Part shown: positions 20,049-29,884 of the stretch, one piece after another | Layout of the letters: the number at the start of each line of letters is the position of its first letter | Position numbering within the stretch: the stretch's first letter is position 1 | Source: Rickettsiales bacterium | GTDB lineage: Bacteria > Pseudomonadota > Alphaproteobacteria > Rickettsiales > SXRF01 | NCBI GenBank assembly: GCA_021299465.1 | Contig: JAJTHB010000012.1 | Location: 16,173 to 80,172 of the forward strand | Length of the DNA: 64,000 nucleotides | Reading direction: 5' to 3' | The notes under the pieces: generated by a model | The model's database searches: none | Seen by the model: the letters and a program-made list of their open reading frames with translations, nothing else | What the model was told of the DNA's origin: nothing | Position numbers and translations under genes: made by a program

Positions 20049-20441
20049 ATGTCCAGCCAAGCCATCATGACCATGCCGTTGTCGCGCCCGAAGGTGCATC
20101 GTCCTCCTGTGTTTCGGGGTGACGCGCGCGGTAAAAGGCCTCTTGCCGTGTTTCTGGCGACAGGTTTGGCGGTGCTGCTGCTGGCCTCCTGGATGTCGAA
20201 CCAAAGACACGACTTTACTGAAATGAAAACGCAGATAGAGCCGGCGCAACGAGTGGAATCCACGCAACCTCAAATGGTTAAACAATCCGATACGATTGTG
20301 ATCAAAGAAGGCAATCAGGCGATTATTGGTCAGCTGGCAAGAATTCCTGTTCAAAATAAGGCTGCGCCAGAAGTTCAGACGGTGACCAGCCTTGACAAGG
20401 AAGATGGCAAAGAATTACTGTCCATCGTCAATAAATATTAA
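20049..20441 (+). CDS. Hypothetical membrane-anchored protein
   Basis: One TM segment (LAVFLATGLAVLLLASW). The start is uncertain (20007 or 20049), since the longest ORF overlaps the pmbA start. No family was recognised. Confidence 0.3.
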   Translation: MSSQAIMTMPLSRPKVHRPPVFRGDARGKRPLAVFLATGLAVLLLASWMSNQRHDFTEMKTQIEPAQRVESTQPQMVKQSDTIVIKEGNQAIIGQLARIPVQNKAAPEVQTVTSLDKEDGKELLSIVNKY

Positions 20442-20460
20442 TCAACTCCACAGGGGATCC

Positions 20461-21453
20461 ATGCGTTTCTGGCTTGCGCTTTTTATGGCGCTGACATGGC
20501 CGTTTGCCTTATTCGCAAGCGATGCGATTGGTATTGTTACCGGTCCTAGAACCGGTACGTATTATGCGTTCGGTAAGGATATTGCCGAGGCGCTCGCCAA
20601 AGATAAAATTGATGTCGATATCAAAGATTCCGAAGGCTCGATTGATAATATAAAGCGTATAAACAGTAATGAAAATGCTGCGCTTGGTATCGTGCAGTCA
20701 GATGTGCTCGGGTTTTTGTCGCGGTCACAAAACCCCGAATCAATTAAAATGGCAAGCAAGCTGCGTATTGTCTTTCCTTTTTACAACGAAGAAATCCATG
20801 TTCTTGCGAAGAAACCCAATCTGACCATTGCCGACCTGAATGGAAAAAAAGTGGCGATTGGTGAAGAAGGCAGCGGCAATATGCTCACCGCTATTAATCT
20901 CTTTGCGATCAGCGGCGTTGAACCGGCGGAAATGAAAAAAATGTCTCCTGCTGAGGGGGTGGTGGCGGTGCTGAAGGGTGAGCTGGATGCGGTCGTGTTT
21001 GTCGGTGGCAAACCAGTGCGCTTATTCAAAAACTTAGAAGATTTATCCAGACCCGAAAACCAGAAGTTTGCCAGCTTGATGAACGATGTTCATTTCCTGC
21101 CACTCGATAGCCCAAAGCTGCTCGAAGAATACAGACCTGCGACCCTTACCAACAATGATTACAGCTTTATCACCACACCGGTTCCGACCGTAGCGGTGCA
21201 GGCGGTGCTGATGAGTTTTGATCTGTCCACCAATAAAGCACGCTGTAAACAACTTGGTGAGTTTGCCAGATCGCTTCGCGAAAAACTGCCCGAACTTAAA
21301 GACAGAGGGCACATCAAATGGAAAGAGGTAAACCTCGAAGCATCGAGCGGTCTTTGGAAAAAAGACAGCTGCGCATGGAGCGAGACTCAGGCGAGGCCAG
21401 CACCGGTTGATGAAAAAAAAGAACTACTGAATATTTTAGAGAAACGCAGCTAG
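20461..21453 (+). CDS. TAXI-family TRAP-type solute-binding protein
   Basis: Signal peptide (MRFWLALFMALTWPFALFA), GTYYAFGKDIA, GIVQSDV and an NMT1/TAXI-like fold. No permease gene is adjacent. Confidence 0.7.
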   Translation: MRFWLALFMALTWPFALFASDAIGIVTGPRTGTYYAFGKDIAEALAKDKIDVDIKDSEGSIDNIKRINSNENAALGIVQSDVLGFLSRSQNPESIKMASKLRIVFPFYNEEIHVLAKKPNLTIADLNGKKVAIGEEGSGNMLTAINLFAISGVEPAEMKKMSPAEGVVAVLKGELDAVVFVGGKPVRLFKNLEDLSRPENQKFASLMNDVHFLPLDSPKLLEEYRPATLTNNDYSFITTPVPTVAVQAVLMSFDLSTNKARCKQLGEFARSLREKLPELKDRGHIKWKEVNLEASSGLWKKDSCAWSETQARPAPVDEKKELLNILEKRS

Positions 21454-22487
21454 AATAAATGCCCGGCTTTTTTGTTTTTGGCCTCAATATAGGCATGGTT
21501 GTGCTCGCCTGATGGGGCAATGACGGCGATGCGCTCGCTGACGCGGATGCCATAGCGTTCGATCAAGCCTAGTTTCGAAGGGTTATTGGTGAGCAATCTG
21601 ATTGTTTCATATCCGGAATATTTAAGCATGGCGCTTGCAATCGCAAAATCGCGCTCATCATCGTCATAACCAAGCAGCTGGTTGGCGGCATACGTATCCA
21701 CGCCCATCTCCTGCAGCTTATATGCGCGGATTTTATTGGTGATGCCAATGCCGCGCCCTTCCTGATGTAGATAGAGGAGCAGGCCCGCCCCTTCCTGTTT
21801 GATAGCGCTGAGCGCCATTTGCAGCTGATCGCCGCAATCGCAGCGCAGGCTGCCCAGAATATCACCGGTAATGCAGCTGGAATGCACGCGTGTGAGCGGT
21901 GCTTTCTCGGCGGCAACATCGCCAATCGATAAAAGTAAATGGGTACTGGTCGCGTGCAGCGCTCGAAAACTCTGGATACGTGCGTTCTCTGCACCGTTGA
22001 TGGGAAGCTTGGCGCTTGCTGTTTCGACCAGTGGCGGTAGCGGGGAATCAGCATAGGTCTTGAGATCATCATAATCAAGCACAGGCCAATCTGATTCTTC
22101 CTTGCCAGAAAATAGAAGCAATGCTGGCAGTAGCGAGGCATATTTGACCAGCCCAATCAGCCGTGCATCACCCGCCTCAAGCGACAAAGAAGGAAGCGGA
22201 TGTTGCGGCAGGGTAGGGTCAGCGATAGCCGCAATCTCAGCGTAGCTTAGCGATGCGGCAGGAAAAGTAACTGCGCTGAAAGCAGGGGTCAGCCCAAGGC
22301 TTTGTGCGCGAACCGTGGTGATGAGCAGTGAGGCTTGCGTGCGGATGGTAAGGTAGCGGGCTTCATCAAGGTACTCAGCAGGAAGCAATAGCTCGCGCTT
22401 GCCGCTCTTAATCATGACAATGCCAGAGCCGCGCCTGAGGGCATCGACGGCGCGCCCCACCCGCAAAATATGATCAAAACCTTGCAT
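21450..22487 (-). CDS. ribA: GTP cyclohydrolase II with N-terminal extension
   Basis: VHSSCITGDILGSLRCDCGDQL, LYLHQEGRGIG and TNNPSK motifs in the C-terminal 200 aa. The roughly 140-aa N-terminal region has no obvious catalytic motifs. Confidence 0.8.
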   Translation of the reverse strand: MQGFDHILRVGRAVDALRRGSGIVMIKSGKRELLLPAEYLDEARYLTIRTQASLLITTVRAQSLGLTPAFSAVTFPAASLSYAEIAAIADPTLPQHPLPSLSLEAGDARLIGLVKYASLLPALLLFSGKEESDWPVLDYDDLKTYADSPLPPLVETASAKLPINGAENARIQSFRALHATSTHLLLSIGDVAAEKAPLTRVHSSCITGDILGSLRCDCGDQLQMALSAIKQEGAGLLLYLHQEGRGIGITNKIRAYKLQEMGVDTYAANQLLGYDDDERDFAIASAMLKYSGYETIRLLTNNPSKLGLIERYGIRVSERIAVIAPSGEHNHAYIEAKNKKAGHLF

Positions 22488-22539
22488 AGCGGCAGGTTTT
22501 ATACTACCACCTCGGCAGAAAACCTAGGAAAAATATTGC

Positions 22540-23088
22540 ATGATCGTAGTGGCCAGCAAAGAGCAGCCTTTCGCCAAAGCAATCGCGCAGCAGCTGGTGC
22601 ATGAACTTGCTACGGCCTGCGATTGCACACGTTCCTGCGAGGAGGCCCTTGCGCTGCAACCATCGCTGATCATCACCGATGAAGCCATCTCTGATCACGG
22701 CGCGATACCCATAATCACCATCACGCCGCCAGTTAGGCTCGCAGAATTAATTCATAACATTCGAAGCCATCAGGCTCTAGGCGGAGAGCTTTACCCGCTT
22801 ATGGGCGGTGTGGTTTTTGATGTGCGTATGAAGCAACTATCAAAACCAGCTTCTCACGCCAGCATGGACCTGACCGATAAAGAAGCCAAGCTGCTGGAAG
22901 CGCTTCTTAAGGAAAAACAGCAAGCGGTGAGTCGTGAAAAATTATTACAGCAGGTTTGGGGCATTGACGCTCAGCTTAACACCCATACGCTCGAAACCCA
23001 CATTTACCGCTTACGCGGCAAGCTGAACGAATTTTGCGGTAAAGAATTCATAGCGGCCACCGATGGCGGTTACAGGCTATCCTTATGA
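22540..23088 (+). CDS. Winged-helix (OmpR/PhoB-type) regulator with short, degenerate receiver-like N-terminus
   Basis: The C-terminal trans_reg_C domain reads [13 protein letters not shown]...[15 protein letters not shown]...GGYRL. The N-terminal region is only about 75 aa and lacks the acidic pocket and conserved Lys. Confidence 0.6.
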   Translation: MIVVASKEQPFAKAIAQQLVHELATACDCTRSCEEALALQPSLIITDEAISDHGAIPIITITPPVRLAELIHNIRSHQALGGELYPLMGGVVFDVRMKQLSKPASHASMDLTDKEAKLLEALLKEKQQAVSREKLLQQVWGIDAQLNTHTLETHIYRLRGKLNEFCGKEFIAATDGGYRLSL

Positions 23089-24173
23089 CCAGCGAGAAAA
23101 TCCATATCATCGGCCTGACGCGAGAAGAACTTACAGAAAAACTCGCGGCTCATGGCTTTGAACCATTTCGTGCCAAGCAGATCTGGCAATGGGTCTATGT
23201 TAAGGGCGCGACCGATTTTGCGCAAATGACCAGCATCAATAAAGCCGGTCAGGCCAAACTTGCCGAGTATTTTTCAATCAAGCGCCCGGGTATCGCTAAA
23301 GATCTAACCTCGTTTGACAGCACGCGCAAATGGCTGCTCGAATTTAACGATAAGAACAAAATCGAAACGGTGTTCATACCCGAGGAAGATCGCGGCGCGC
23401 TGTGTGTCTCATCGCAGGTCGGCTGCACGTTATCTTGCAGCTTCTGTCACACCGGCACCATGAAGCTGGTGCGCAACCTGACCGCTGCCGAAATCATCGG
23501 CCAGGTACTGATCGCGCGTGACGGTCTAAAAGAGTGGAATAAAAAACGCGAAGACTGCCTCTTTACTAATATCGTGATGATGGGCATGGGCGAGCCGCTC
23601 TATAATTACGAGCAGGTGGCGAGGGCGCTGAAGATCATCATGGACGGCGAGGGAATTGCGATTTCCAAGCGGCGCATTACGCTATCGACTTCGGGCGTGG
23701 TGCCGATGATTAAACAGTGCGGCGACGAGCTGGGCGTGAATCTCGCCATTTCGCTGCATGCGGTGCGCGATGAGCTTCGCGACGAGCTGGTGCCGCTGAA
23801 TAAAAAATATCCGATTAAAGAACTCCTGCAGGCCTGCCGCGAATATCCGGCAGCGAGCAACACGCGGCGTATCACCTTTGAATATGTGATGCTAAAGGAT
23901 GTAAATGACAGCGATGCCGATGCGCGCGAGCTGGTGCGGCTCCTGAGGGGCATTCACGCGAAAGTGAATTTGATTCCGTGGAACCCGTGGCCGGGCGCAA
24001 AATACGAAACCTCATCGCGCAACCGCCAGCACGCCTTTGCCAAAATCGTGAACGATGCCGGATTTTCCAGCCCGATCCGCGCCACACGCGGGCAGGATAT
24101 CTTCGCCGCCTGCGGCCAGCTGAAATCTGATAGCGAGCGAAAAAAAGGAGAGAAGGTATGGCTGGGAGACTAG
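23085..24173 (+). CDS. rlmN: 23S rRNA/tRNA (adenine-C2)-methyltransferase, radical SAM
   Basis: [11 protein letters not shown], the radical-SAM cluster motif [12 protein letters not shown], and the C-terminal catalytic Cys (AACGQL). Confidence 0.9.
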   Translation: MTSEKIHIIGLTREELTEKLAAHGFEPFRAKQIWQWVYVKGATDFAQMTSINKAGQAKLAEYFSIKRPGIAKDLTSFDSTRKWLLEFNDKNKIETVFIPEEDRGALCVSSQVGCTLSCSFCHTGTMKLVRNLTAAEIIGQVLIARDGLKEWNKKREDCLFTNIVMMGMGEPLYNYEQVARALKIIMDGEGIAISKRRITLSTSGVVPMIKQCGDELGVNLAISLHAVRDELRDELVPLNKKYPIKELLQACREYPAASNTRRITFEYVMLKDVNDSDADARELVRLLRGIHAKVNLIPWNPWPGAKYETSSRNRQHAFAKIVNDAGFSSPIRATRGQDIFAACGQLKSDSERKKGEKVWLGD

Positions 24174-24991
24174 ATCAAAAATCACCCCATGGCTTCACAC
24201 TGATAGAGCTATCGATAATATTGGTAATTATCGGATTATTGATTGCGGGGATATTAGTAGGGCGGGACTTGATTGAAGCGGCAAAGGTACGCAAGGCAAT
24301 ATCACAAGCGGAATCTTTTACATCAGTGCTCAATGTATTTCGCGTTAAATACAATGCGCTGCCTGGCGACATATCATCTGATAATGCGTATGATTTAGGC
24401 TTTGAGCCGCGCTCAGGGGAGAGGGGAAGCGGTGATAATAACGGGTTGATCGAGAACTGCAGTGATACAGGTTTTTCTCCAACGGTTGATTACATGGGTT
24501 GTGAGACATTGCTCATCTGGAGAGATTTATCGGATGCAAAACTCATAGCTAATTCTTTTAGCATGGGCGCTGATACGACTATTGTAAATCTGGGCACCGA
24601 TCAGGTTAGAAATTATTTCCCGGAAGTAAATGCATTCGAGAATACATTTGTCATGATTCAGGGCAAAGCAGAAGAGGTGGGCTTTCCCGGGCTTGAAGAT
24701 ATTGGCAACAAGAACATGATCGTATTTACTGGGCTTTCCGGCTCCTTTGCAGACGGTAGGGTAAATACTCACACTACCATTACTCCATTGCAGGCACACG
24801 CCATAGACCGGAAAACAGATGATGGCTTACCACTTTCTGGAAAAATCAGGAGTGTTACCTCTGGTGGTGGAGGCTTATTCAACATGGTACTACCGCCTAA
24901 TACTTGCTACTTTGTGAATGACATGAATGAATACCCGCTCGCGCCTCCCAAAAATAACCTGAAGCTGTGCAAGGTGTTTTTCATGTGGTGA
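24158..24991 (+). CDS. Prepilin-type N-terminal cleavage/methylation domain protein (type IV pilin/pseudopilin-like)
   Basis: The class III signal is ...SPHG|[23 protein letters not shown]. The large 240-aa C-terminal domain is unassigned. G+C is visibly lower than in the neighbours. Confidence 0.7.
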   Translation: MAGRLDQKSPHGFTLIELSIILVIIGLLIAGILVGRDLIEAAKVRKAISQAESFTSVLNVFRVKYNALPGDISSDNAYDLGFEPRSGERGSGDNNGLIENCSDTGFSPTVDYMGCETLLIWRDLSDAKLIANSFSMGADTTIVNLGTDQVRNYFPEVNAFENTFVMIQGKAEEVGFPGLEDIGNKNMIVFTGLSGSFADGRVNTHTTITPLQAHAIDRKTDDGLPLSGKIRSVTSGGGGLFNMVLPPNTCYFVNDMNEYPLAPPKNNLKLCKVFFMW

Positions 24992-25272
24992 TGGATAAAT
25001 TGCAATCCCTCCCCAACATCGGGCCAGCAATGGAAAGCTGGCTCACGCAGGTGGGCATCCATACGCCAGCGCAGCTCGAAAAAGAAGGTGCTGTGGGTGC
25101 GTATCTCAAAATCCGCACGCTTCATTCAAACGCTGCCAACCTGATGGCGCTTTATGCGCTTTATGGTGCGTTGCACCAAGTTAACTGTTTACGCCTTGCG
25201 CCCGAGGTCAAGGTGATGCTAAGGGAGATGGTCAGCAGCACAGGTAAAGGCAGCACAGGGAGAAAAGCATGA
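24991..25272 (+). CDS. TfoX/Sxy C-terminal domain protein
   Basis: LQSLPNIGPAMESWLTQVGIHTPAQLEKEGAVGAYLKI resembles the helix-hairpin-helix TfoX_C domain. The ATG overlaps the pilin stop (TGATG). Confidence 0.55.
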   Translation: MDKLQSLPNIGPAMESWLTQVGIHTPAQLEKEGAVGAYLKIRTLHSNAANLMALYALYGALHQVNCLRLAPEVKVMLREMVSSTGKGSTGRKA

Positions 25273-26525
25273 AAAAAGTCGTCGTCTCGGGCATGATTGG
25301 CAACGGGCTGGAGTGGTATGATTACGCACTCTATGGCCAGCTGGCATGGCTGCTTTCCAAAAAATTCTTTCCCGAAAGCGAAGGCGCCGCGCAGCTGCTG
25401 CTTACCTTCAGCGTGTTTGCAGCCGGATTTCTCGTGCGTCCGCTGGGCGCGGTCTTTTTCGGCTGGCTCGGCGATAAATATGGCCGCAAGTTTGCGATGG
25501 TCGTCGCCATTTTGATGATGGCGATCCCGACTGGCCTGATCGGTGTGCTGCCGACCTATGAACAGATCGGTATTCTTGCGCCGATTGCGCTGACCATCAT
25601 CCGCCTGCTGCAGGGCATTTCACTCGGCGGTGAGTTTTCCGGCTCCATTACCTACATCGTTGAGCATGCACCGCCTCATAAGCGCGGCCTTGCTGGTTCG
25701 GCCTCGCTGGTTTCTCTGATGCTCGGCTTTATGCTCGGCATCGTCGTTGTGCGCGGCTTCATGTGGTATTTCGGTGAGCAGGCATTTGAAGAGTTCTGGT
25801 GGCGCGTGCCGTTTATTCTCGGCATCGTGATCGGCTTCGTCGGGTTTTACATCCGCCACCACTGCGATGAAAGCCCTGTTTATGAAGAAGCCAAAAAAGA
25901 AAATACGCTGTCAGCGACGCCGGTGCGTGAAGCGTTCAAAAAACACCCGTGGGAGATGCTCCAGGGGCTCGGTGCGTATATCACGGTGACCATGCCGTTT
26001 TACTTAACGACCATCTTTTTCATCACCTTCATGAAAAAACATCTCGGCACCAGCGCTGAGGACGCACTCGAGATCACCTTCCTCAACATGATCGCGATGC
26101 TGATCATGATCCCGATCTCGGCTTATGCGTCGGATTATATTGGCCGCCGGAAAATCATGATGGCTTCTGCTGCCTTGATGCTTGTTTCTGTGCATTTCCT
26201 GTTTGCCGTCTTTATTCCGGGCCAGGATACCGTAACGCTGGCGGTCGCACAGTTCCTGTTCTGCCTGGTTCTCGGGGCTTATATGGGGCCGGTCGCGGCG
26301 ATGCTCGTTGAACTGTTTCCCACCTCGGTGCGCTTTTCCGGCATGGCGATCTCCTACAACATGGCGGCGGCGATTTTTGGCGGCTCGGCACCGCTGGTAT
26401 GCGAATGGCTGATCTCGGTGACCGGCGATGACACCTCGATTGCGTGGTATGTCATGCTATGCAATGTCGTGTCGCTGATCGCGCTGTGGTTCTATAAAGA
26501 TCGCTACAAAGAGGCCTTACGTTAA
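25269..26525 (+). CDS. MFS transporter, metabolite:H+ symporter (ProP-like) family
   Basis: 12 TM segments, GNGLEWYDYALYG, and GDKYGRK in loop 2-3. Confidence 0.8.
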   Translation: MKKVVVSGMIGNGLEWYDYALYGQLAWLLSKKFFPESEGAAQLLLTFSVFAAGFLVRPLGAVFFGWLGDKYGRKFAMVVAILMMAIPTGLIGVLPTYEQIGILAPIALTIIRLLQGISLGGEFSGSITYIVEHAPPHKRGLAGSASLVSLMLGFMLGIVVVRGFMWYFGEQAFEEFWWRVPFILGIVIGFVGFYIRHHCDESPVYEEAKKENTLSATPVREAFKKHPWEMLQGLGAYITVTMPFYLTTIFFITFMKKHLGTSAEDALEITFLNMIAMLIMIPISAYASDYIGRRKIMMASAALMLVSVHFLFAVFIPGQDTVTLAVAQFLFCLVLGAYMGPVAAMLVELFPTSVRFSGMAISYNMAAAIFGGSAPLVCEWLISVTGDDTSIAWYVMLCNVVSLIALWFYKDRYKEALR

Positions 26526-26896
26526 TTCAGGTAATAGCCGCTCACACCCAGATACACCGCCTCAAATATCACAGCAGTGATCAGCATGCCGTTCATGTGC
26601 TCCTTGCGCTGGGCAAGAAAAAACAGGAAATATTTGATCAGGTGATAAACAAACATGATCAGATAAATGGGGTTGTTATCTAAAATCGCGGAATCGGAGC
26701 GAAACAGCGTCATCGCTGAGTAAAATGGTGAGCCATACACGGCGACATTGTAAAACAGCTCGGCCGCACCAGCGAAATAACTGCCGCCGACAACCAAAAG
26801 TTGCAACCCCGTGATTAATAACAATAAGAGCGAATACATGCCGCCCATGATAAGCGTGCTTGCGGCCAATATCAACCTTGACTTTGCAGGCTTCAT
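26522..26896 (-). CDS. Hypothetical 4-TM membrane protein
   Basis: 124 aa and hydrophobic throughout. No family was recognised. Confidence 0.4.
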   Translation of the reverse strand: MKPAKSRLILAASTLIMGGMYSLLLLLITGLQLLVVGGSYFAGAAELFYNVAVYGSPFYSAMTLFRSDSAILDNNPIYLIMFVYHLIKYFLFFLAQRKEHMNGMLITAVIFEAVYLGVSGYYLN

Positions 26897-26917
26897 ACTT
26901 TACGCAGGGCAGCCCGT

Positions 26918-27003
26918 GGAGGAGTGGCCGAGTGGTCAATGGCAGCAGACTGTAAATCTGCCCGCGCAAGCGTTCGCAGGTTCAAATCCTGCCTCCTCCA
27001 CCA
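26918..27003 (+). tRNA. tRNA-Tyr (anticodon GTA), long variable arm, CCA encoded
   Basis: Acceptor stem GGAGGAG/CTCCTCC. Anticodon stem GCAGA/TCTGC with loop CTGTAAA. T-arm GCAGG-TTCAAAT-CCTGC. Discriminator A followed by CCA. Confidence 0.9.
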
Positions 27004-27025
27004 TCTTCATATTTCTTTGATTTAA

Positions 27026-28099
27026 GTGACTGATTCGGCTAGTTGCATAGGGATGACTCATCACCCGATTCGTTATGCTCTCACCGGCGTTGGTCGCATT
27101 AGTACCAAACACCTCGATGCTGTGCGCGATTGCTCGCCAGCATTTGAGCTGGTGGCACTGTGTGACACCAATCCCAGCGCGCTTGCTGCTGTCGTTTTGC
27201 ATCCTGGCGTGAAAACGTATAATGATTTCAAAGCAATGCTTGCCGAGCAAAAGCCTGATATTGTAGCGCTTTGCACACCTAGCGGCCTGCATGCAGCGCA
27301 GGGGATGCTGGCTGCGAAAGCAGGCTCTCATGTGATCACAGAAAAGCCGATGGCAACGCGCTGGGAAGATGGTCTTATGCTGGAAGAAACATGCCGCAAA
27401 CATGGCGTGCAGCTGTTTGTGGTACTGCAAAATCGCTACAACCCGACCATTGAAGCGCTCAAGAAAGCGATCGACGCAGAGCGCTTCGGTAGGATTTATA
27501 TGATCACCGGCAATGTATTCTGGACACGGCCGCAAAGCTATTATGATCAAGCGCCGTGGCGCGGCACCTGGGCACTGGATGGCGGCGCTTTCATGAATCA
27601 GGCCAGCCACTATGTTGATATGATGGGCTATCTCGGCGGCGCGGTGAAAAAAGTGCACGCAAGCCTTGCAACCCTTGCCCGGCGCATCGAAGCAGAAGAT
27701 ACCGGATCGGTGGTGCTCACTTATGAGAGTGGCGCGATTGGTAATCTCAATGTCACGATGCTGACCTACCCCAAAAATCGTGAAGGCTCGATCACGGTGC
27801 TAGGCGAGCGTGGCTTTGTTCGTATTGGCGGCACAGCGATGAACGAGATTGAGGCCTGGGAATTTGATCAGCCACAGCCAGAAGATGAGGGTGTTGCAGG
27901 CGCCAGCTATGCAGCGGATTCCGTTTATGGCAATGGCCATAGTCGTTTTTATCGGGGCGTCGTCCAGGCGCTCACAGCACAAATAAAACCGGAAATAGAT
28001 GGCAAGGAAGGGCTCAAATCGCTCGAGCTGCTATCAGCTATTTATGCTTCCGCGCAGGATGAAAAAACCATCATGCTGCCGCTGGCTCGCTATGACTGA
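27026..28099 (+). CDS. Gfo/Idh/MocA-family sugar-nucleotide 3-dehydrogenase (WbpB/GnnA-like)
   Basis: N-terminal Rossmann fold (IRYALTGVGRISTKH), EKP motif (VITEKPMA) and C-terminal GFO_IDH_MocA domain. The start could be 27054. Confidence 0.8.
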   Translation: MTDSASCIGMTHHPIRYALTGVGRISTKHLDAVRDCSPAFELVALCDTNPSALAAVVLHPGVKTYNDFKAMLAEQKPDIVALCTPSGLHAAQGMLAAKAGSHVITEKPMATRWEDGLMLEETCRKHGVQLFVVLQNRYNPTIEALKKAIDAERFGRIYMITGNVFWTRPQSYYDQAPWRGTWALDGGAFMNQASHYVDMMGYLGGAVKKVHASLATLARRIEAEDTGSVVLTYESGAIGNLNVTMLTYPKNREGSITVLGERGFVRIGGTAMNEIEAWEFDQPQPEDEGVAGASYAADSVYGNGHSRFYRGVVQALTAQIKPEIDGKEGLKSLELLSAIYASAQDEKTIMLPLARYD

Positions 28100-28712
28100 A
28101 GCGCGCTATTTTCTTCACCCCAGCGCGATCCTACGCAAGGATCACCAGATCGGCTATGCCTGCGATATTGGCAACCAGCCGGAAGACGCTGCGCCGCTTC
28201 GAATCGGCGCGCGAGCGATTATCCGCTCACATAGCGTCATCTATAGCGGCTCTGTCATTGGGGATGATTTCGCAGCGGGTCATGGGGTGCTGATTCGAAA
28301 CGCTGCGCAAATCGGCGATCGCGTGAGTATTGGCAGCCACAGCGTGATCGAGCACCATGTTACTATTGAAGGCGGGGTACGCATTCATTCGAATGTTTTT
28401 ATTCCGGAATATACGCGTATCGGAGCCGAGGCATGGATTGGCCCTTCAGTCTGCATCACCAATGCCCGTTATCCTGCCGCGCCGCAAACCAAGGAAAAGC
28501 TTGAAGGCGTCACCATTGGCAGGCGAGCGCGTATCGGGGCGCAGGTCACGATCCTGCCCGGCGTCGTGATTGGCGATGACGCGCTGATTGGTGCCGGAAG
28601 CGTCGTCACCAAAGATGTTCCCTCAGGCAGCGTGATCGCTGGAAATCCAGCAAAAATACTTGGCAAGGTGGGCGAACTTCGTTACGAAGACGGTACCATC
28701 ATTTATCCATAG
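28092..28712 (+). CDS. Left-handed beta-helix (hexapeptide) N-acetyltransferase (WbpD-like)
   Basis: Repeated [LIV]G hexapeptides (IGDRVSIGSHSVIEHHVTIEGGVRIHSNV...). The ATG overlaps the upstream stop. Confidence 0.8.
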   Translation: MTEARYFLHPSAILRKDHQIGYACDIGNQPEDAAPLRIGARAIIRSHSVIYSGSVIGDDFAAGHGVLIRNAAQIGDRVSIGSHSVIEHHVTIEGGVRIHSNVFIPEYTRIGAEAWIGPSVCITNARYPAAPQTKEKLEGVTIGRRARIGAQVTILPGVVIGDDALIGAGSVVTKDVPSGSVIAGNPAKILGKVGELRYEDGTIIYP

Positions 28713-28719
28713 GCTGAGT

Positions 28720-29883
28720 ATGAAAGTTCCTTTTAACGATCTCGCAGCGCAGTATCAGACGATCAAGCCAGAGATCGATGAGGCGATCCGCCATGTGATC
28801 GACAGCACCGCGTTTATTAACGGTAGCGCTGTCGGTGCTTTTGAAGAGGCCTTTGCCGCTTATTGCGGCGACAATGTCTATTGCACCGGCTGCGGCAATG
28901 GTACCGATGCCATTATTCTGGCGCTGCGTGCACTTCGCATCAGCAAGGGTGATGAGGTGATTATTCCGGCGATGAGTTTTATCGCTACCGTAGAACCGCT
29001 GATTAATTTCGGTGTGAAGCCGGTGTTTGTGGATATTGAAGAAGGAACCTACACCATTGATGCGACGCAGATTGAGCGTGCCATCACTGATCGTACGCGT
29101 GCCATCATGCCGGTGCATCTGTATGGACATGTCGCCGATATGCAGGCCGTTCAGTCTATTGCTGATCATTACCGCCTGCATGTGATTGAAGATGCTGCGC
29201 AGGCGCATGGGGCGATGCAGGGTGCCAAGCGCGTTGGCAGTTTCGGTGATATCTCGACCTTCAGCTTTTATCCGGGCAAAAATCTTGGCGCATATGGCGA
29301 TGCTGGTGCCATCACTACGCGCGATGAGCATATGGCACTGGCGGTGGCAAGGCTTTCGAACCACGGGCGCGGCGAACCTCGCGGCAAGCGGTTTGAGAAA
29401 TATAAGCATTTCGCGATTGGCTATAACAGCAGGCTGGATACAATTCAGGCAGCGGTGCTCGGCGTTAAGCTTAACCATCTTGAGGCATGGACCAATCGCC
29501 GCCGCGAGATTGCGAAGCGCTATGATGAGGCGCTCGCAGGCAGCATAACCGTATCCAAACCAAGGCCGAATTCACGCTCGGTGTATCATCACTACATTGT
29601 CGAAGTACCAAATCGCGATCAGGTTTTGGATAAAATGAAAGAGCTCGGCGTGCAGTGTGGCATTCATTACCCGGATGCGCTCCACCAGCATAAGCCGGTG
29701 AAAGATGTGGTGGGCGATCTCGAAGGTAAGTTTCCCGTTGCCGAACGCGTGGCGCGCTCATCGATGTCTCTTCCTATTTACCCTGAGATGACGGATGAGA
29801 TGGTGGATTACGTCACGCAAACGCTGCTTGATGTCGCTTCCCAGCATTCGGGTAGAACCGTGAACCTGAAAAAGGTTAAATAG
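28720..29883 (+). CDS. DegT/DnrJ/EryC1/StrS-family sugar aminotransferase (WbpE/GnnB-like)
   Basis: MKVPFNDLAAQY start, GNGTDA, and FSFYPGKNLGAYGDAG, which contains the PLP-binding Lys. Confidence 0.85.
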   Translation: MKVPFNDLAAQYQTIKPEIDEAIRHVIDSTAFINGSAVGAFEEAFAAYCGDNVYCTGCGNGTDAIILALRALRISKGDEVIIPAMSFIATVEPLINFGVKPVFVDIEEGTYTIDATQIERAITDRTRAIMPVHLYGHVADMQAVQSIADHYRLHVIEDAAQAHGAMQGAKRVGSFGDISTFSFYPGKNLGAYGDAGAITTRDEHMALAVARLSNHGRGEPRGKRFEKYKHFAIGYNSRLDTIQAAVLGVKLNHLEAWTNRRREIAKRYDEALAGSITVSKPRPNSRSVYHHYIVEVPNRDQVLDKMKELGVQCGIHYPDALHQHKPVKDVVGDLEGKFPVAERVARSSMSLPIYPEMTDEMVDYVTQTLLDVASQHSGRTVNLKKVK

Positions 29884-29884
29884 C

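Noticed and set aside
22488-22539. Possible FMN (RFN) riboswitch upstream of ribA.
   Set aside because: Only about 52 nt are available between ribA and the divergent regulator. No RFN-like conserved helices are present.
26936-27658. 240-aa minus-strand ORF overlapping tRNA-Tyr and the oxidoreductase gene. Similar long antisense ORFs occur at 5270-5866, 9997-10590, 28699-29478, 60921-61580 and 61659-62378.
   Set aside because: These are shadow ORFs opposite strongly supported genes in GC-rich coding sequence. Their translations are Arg/His/Ala-rich low-information sequence with no recognisable motifs.
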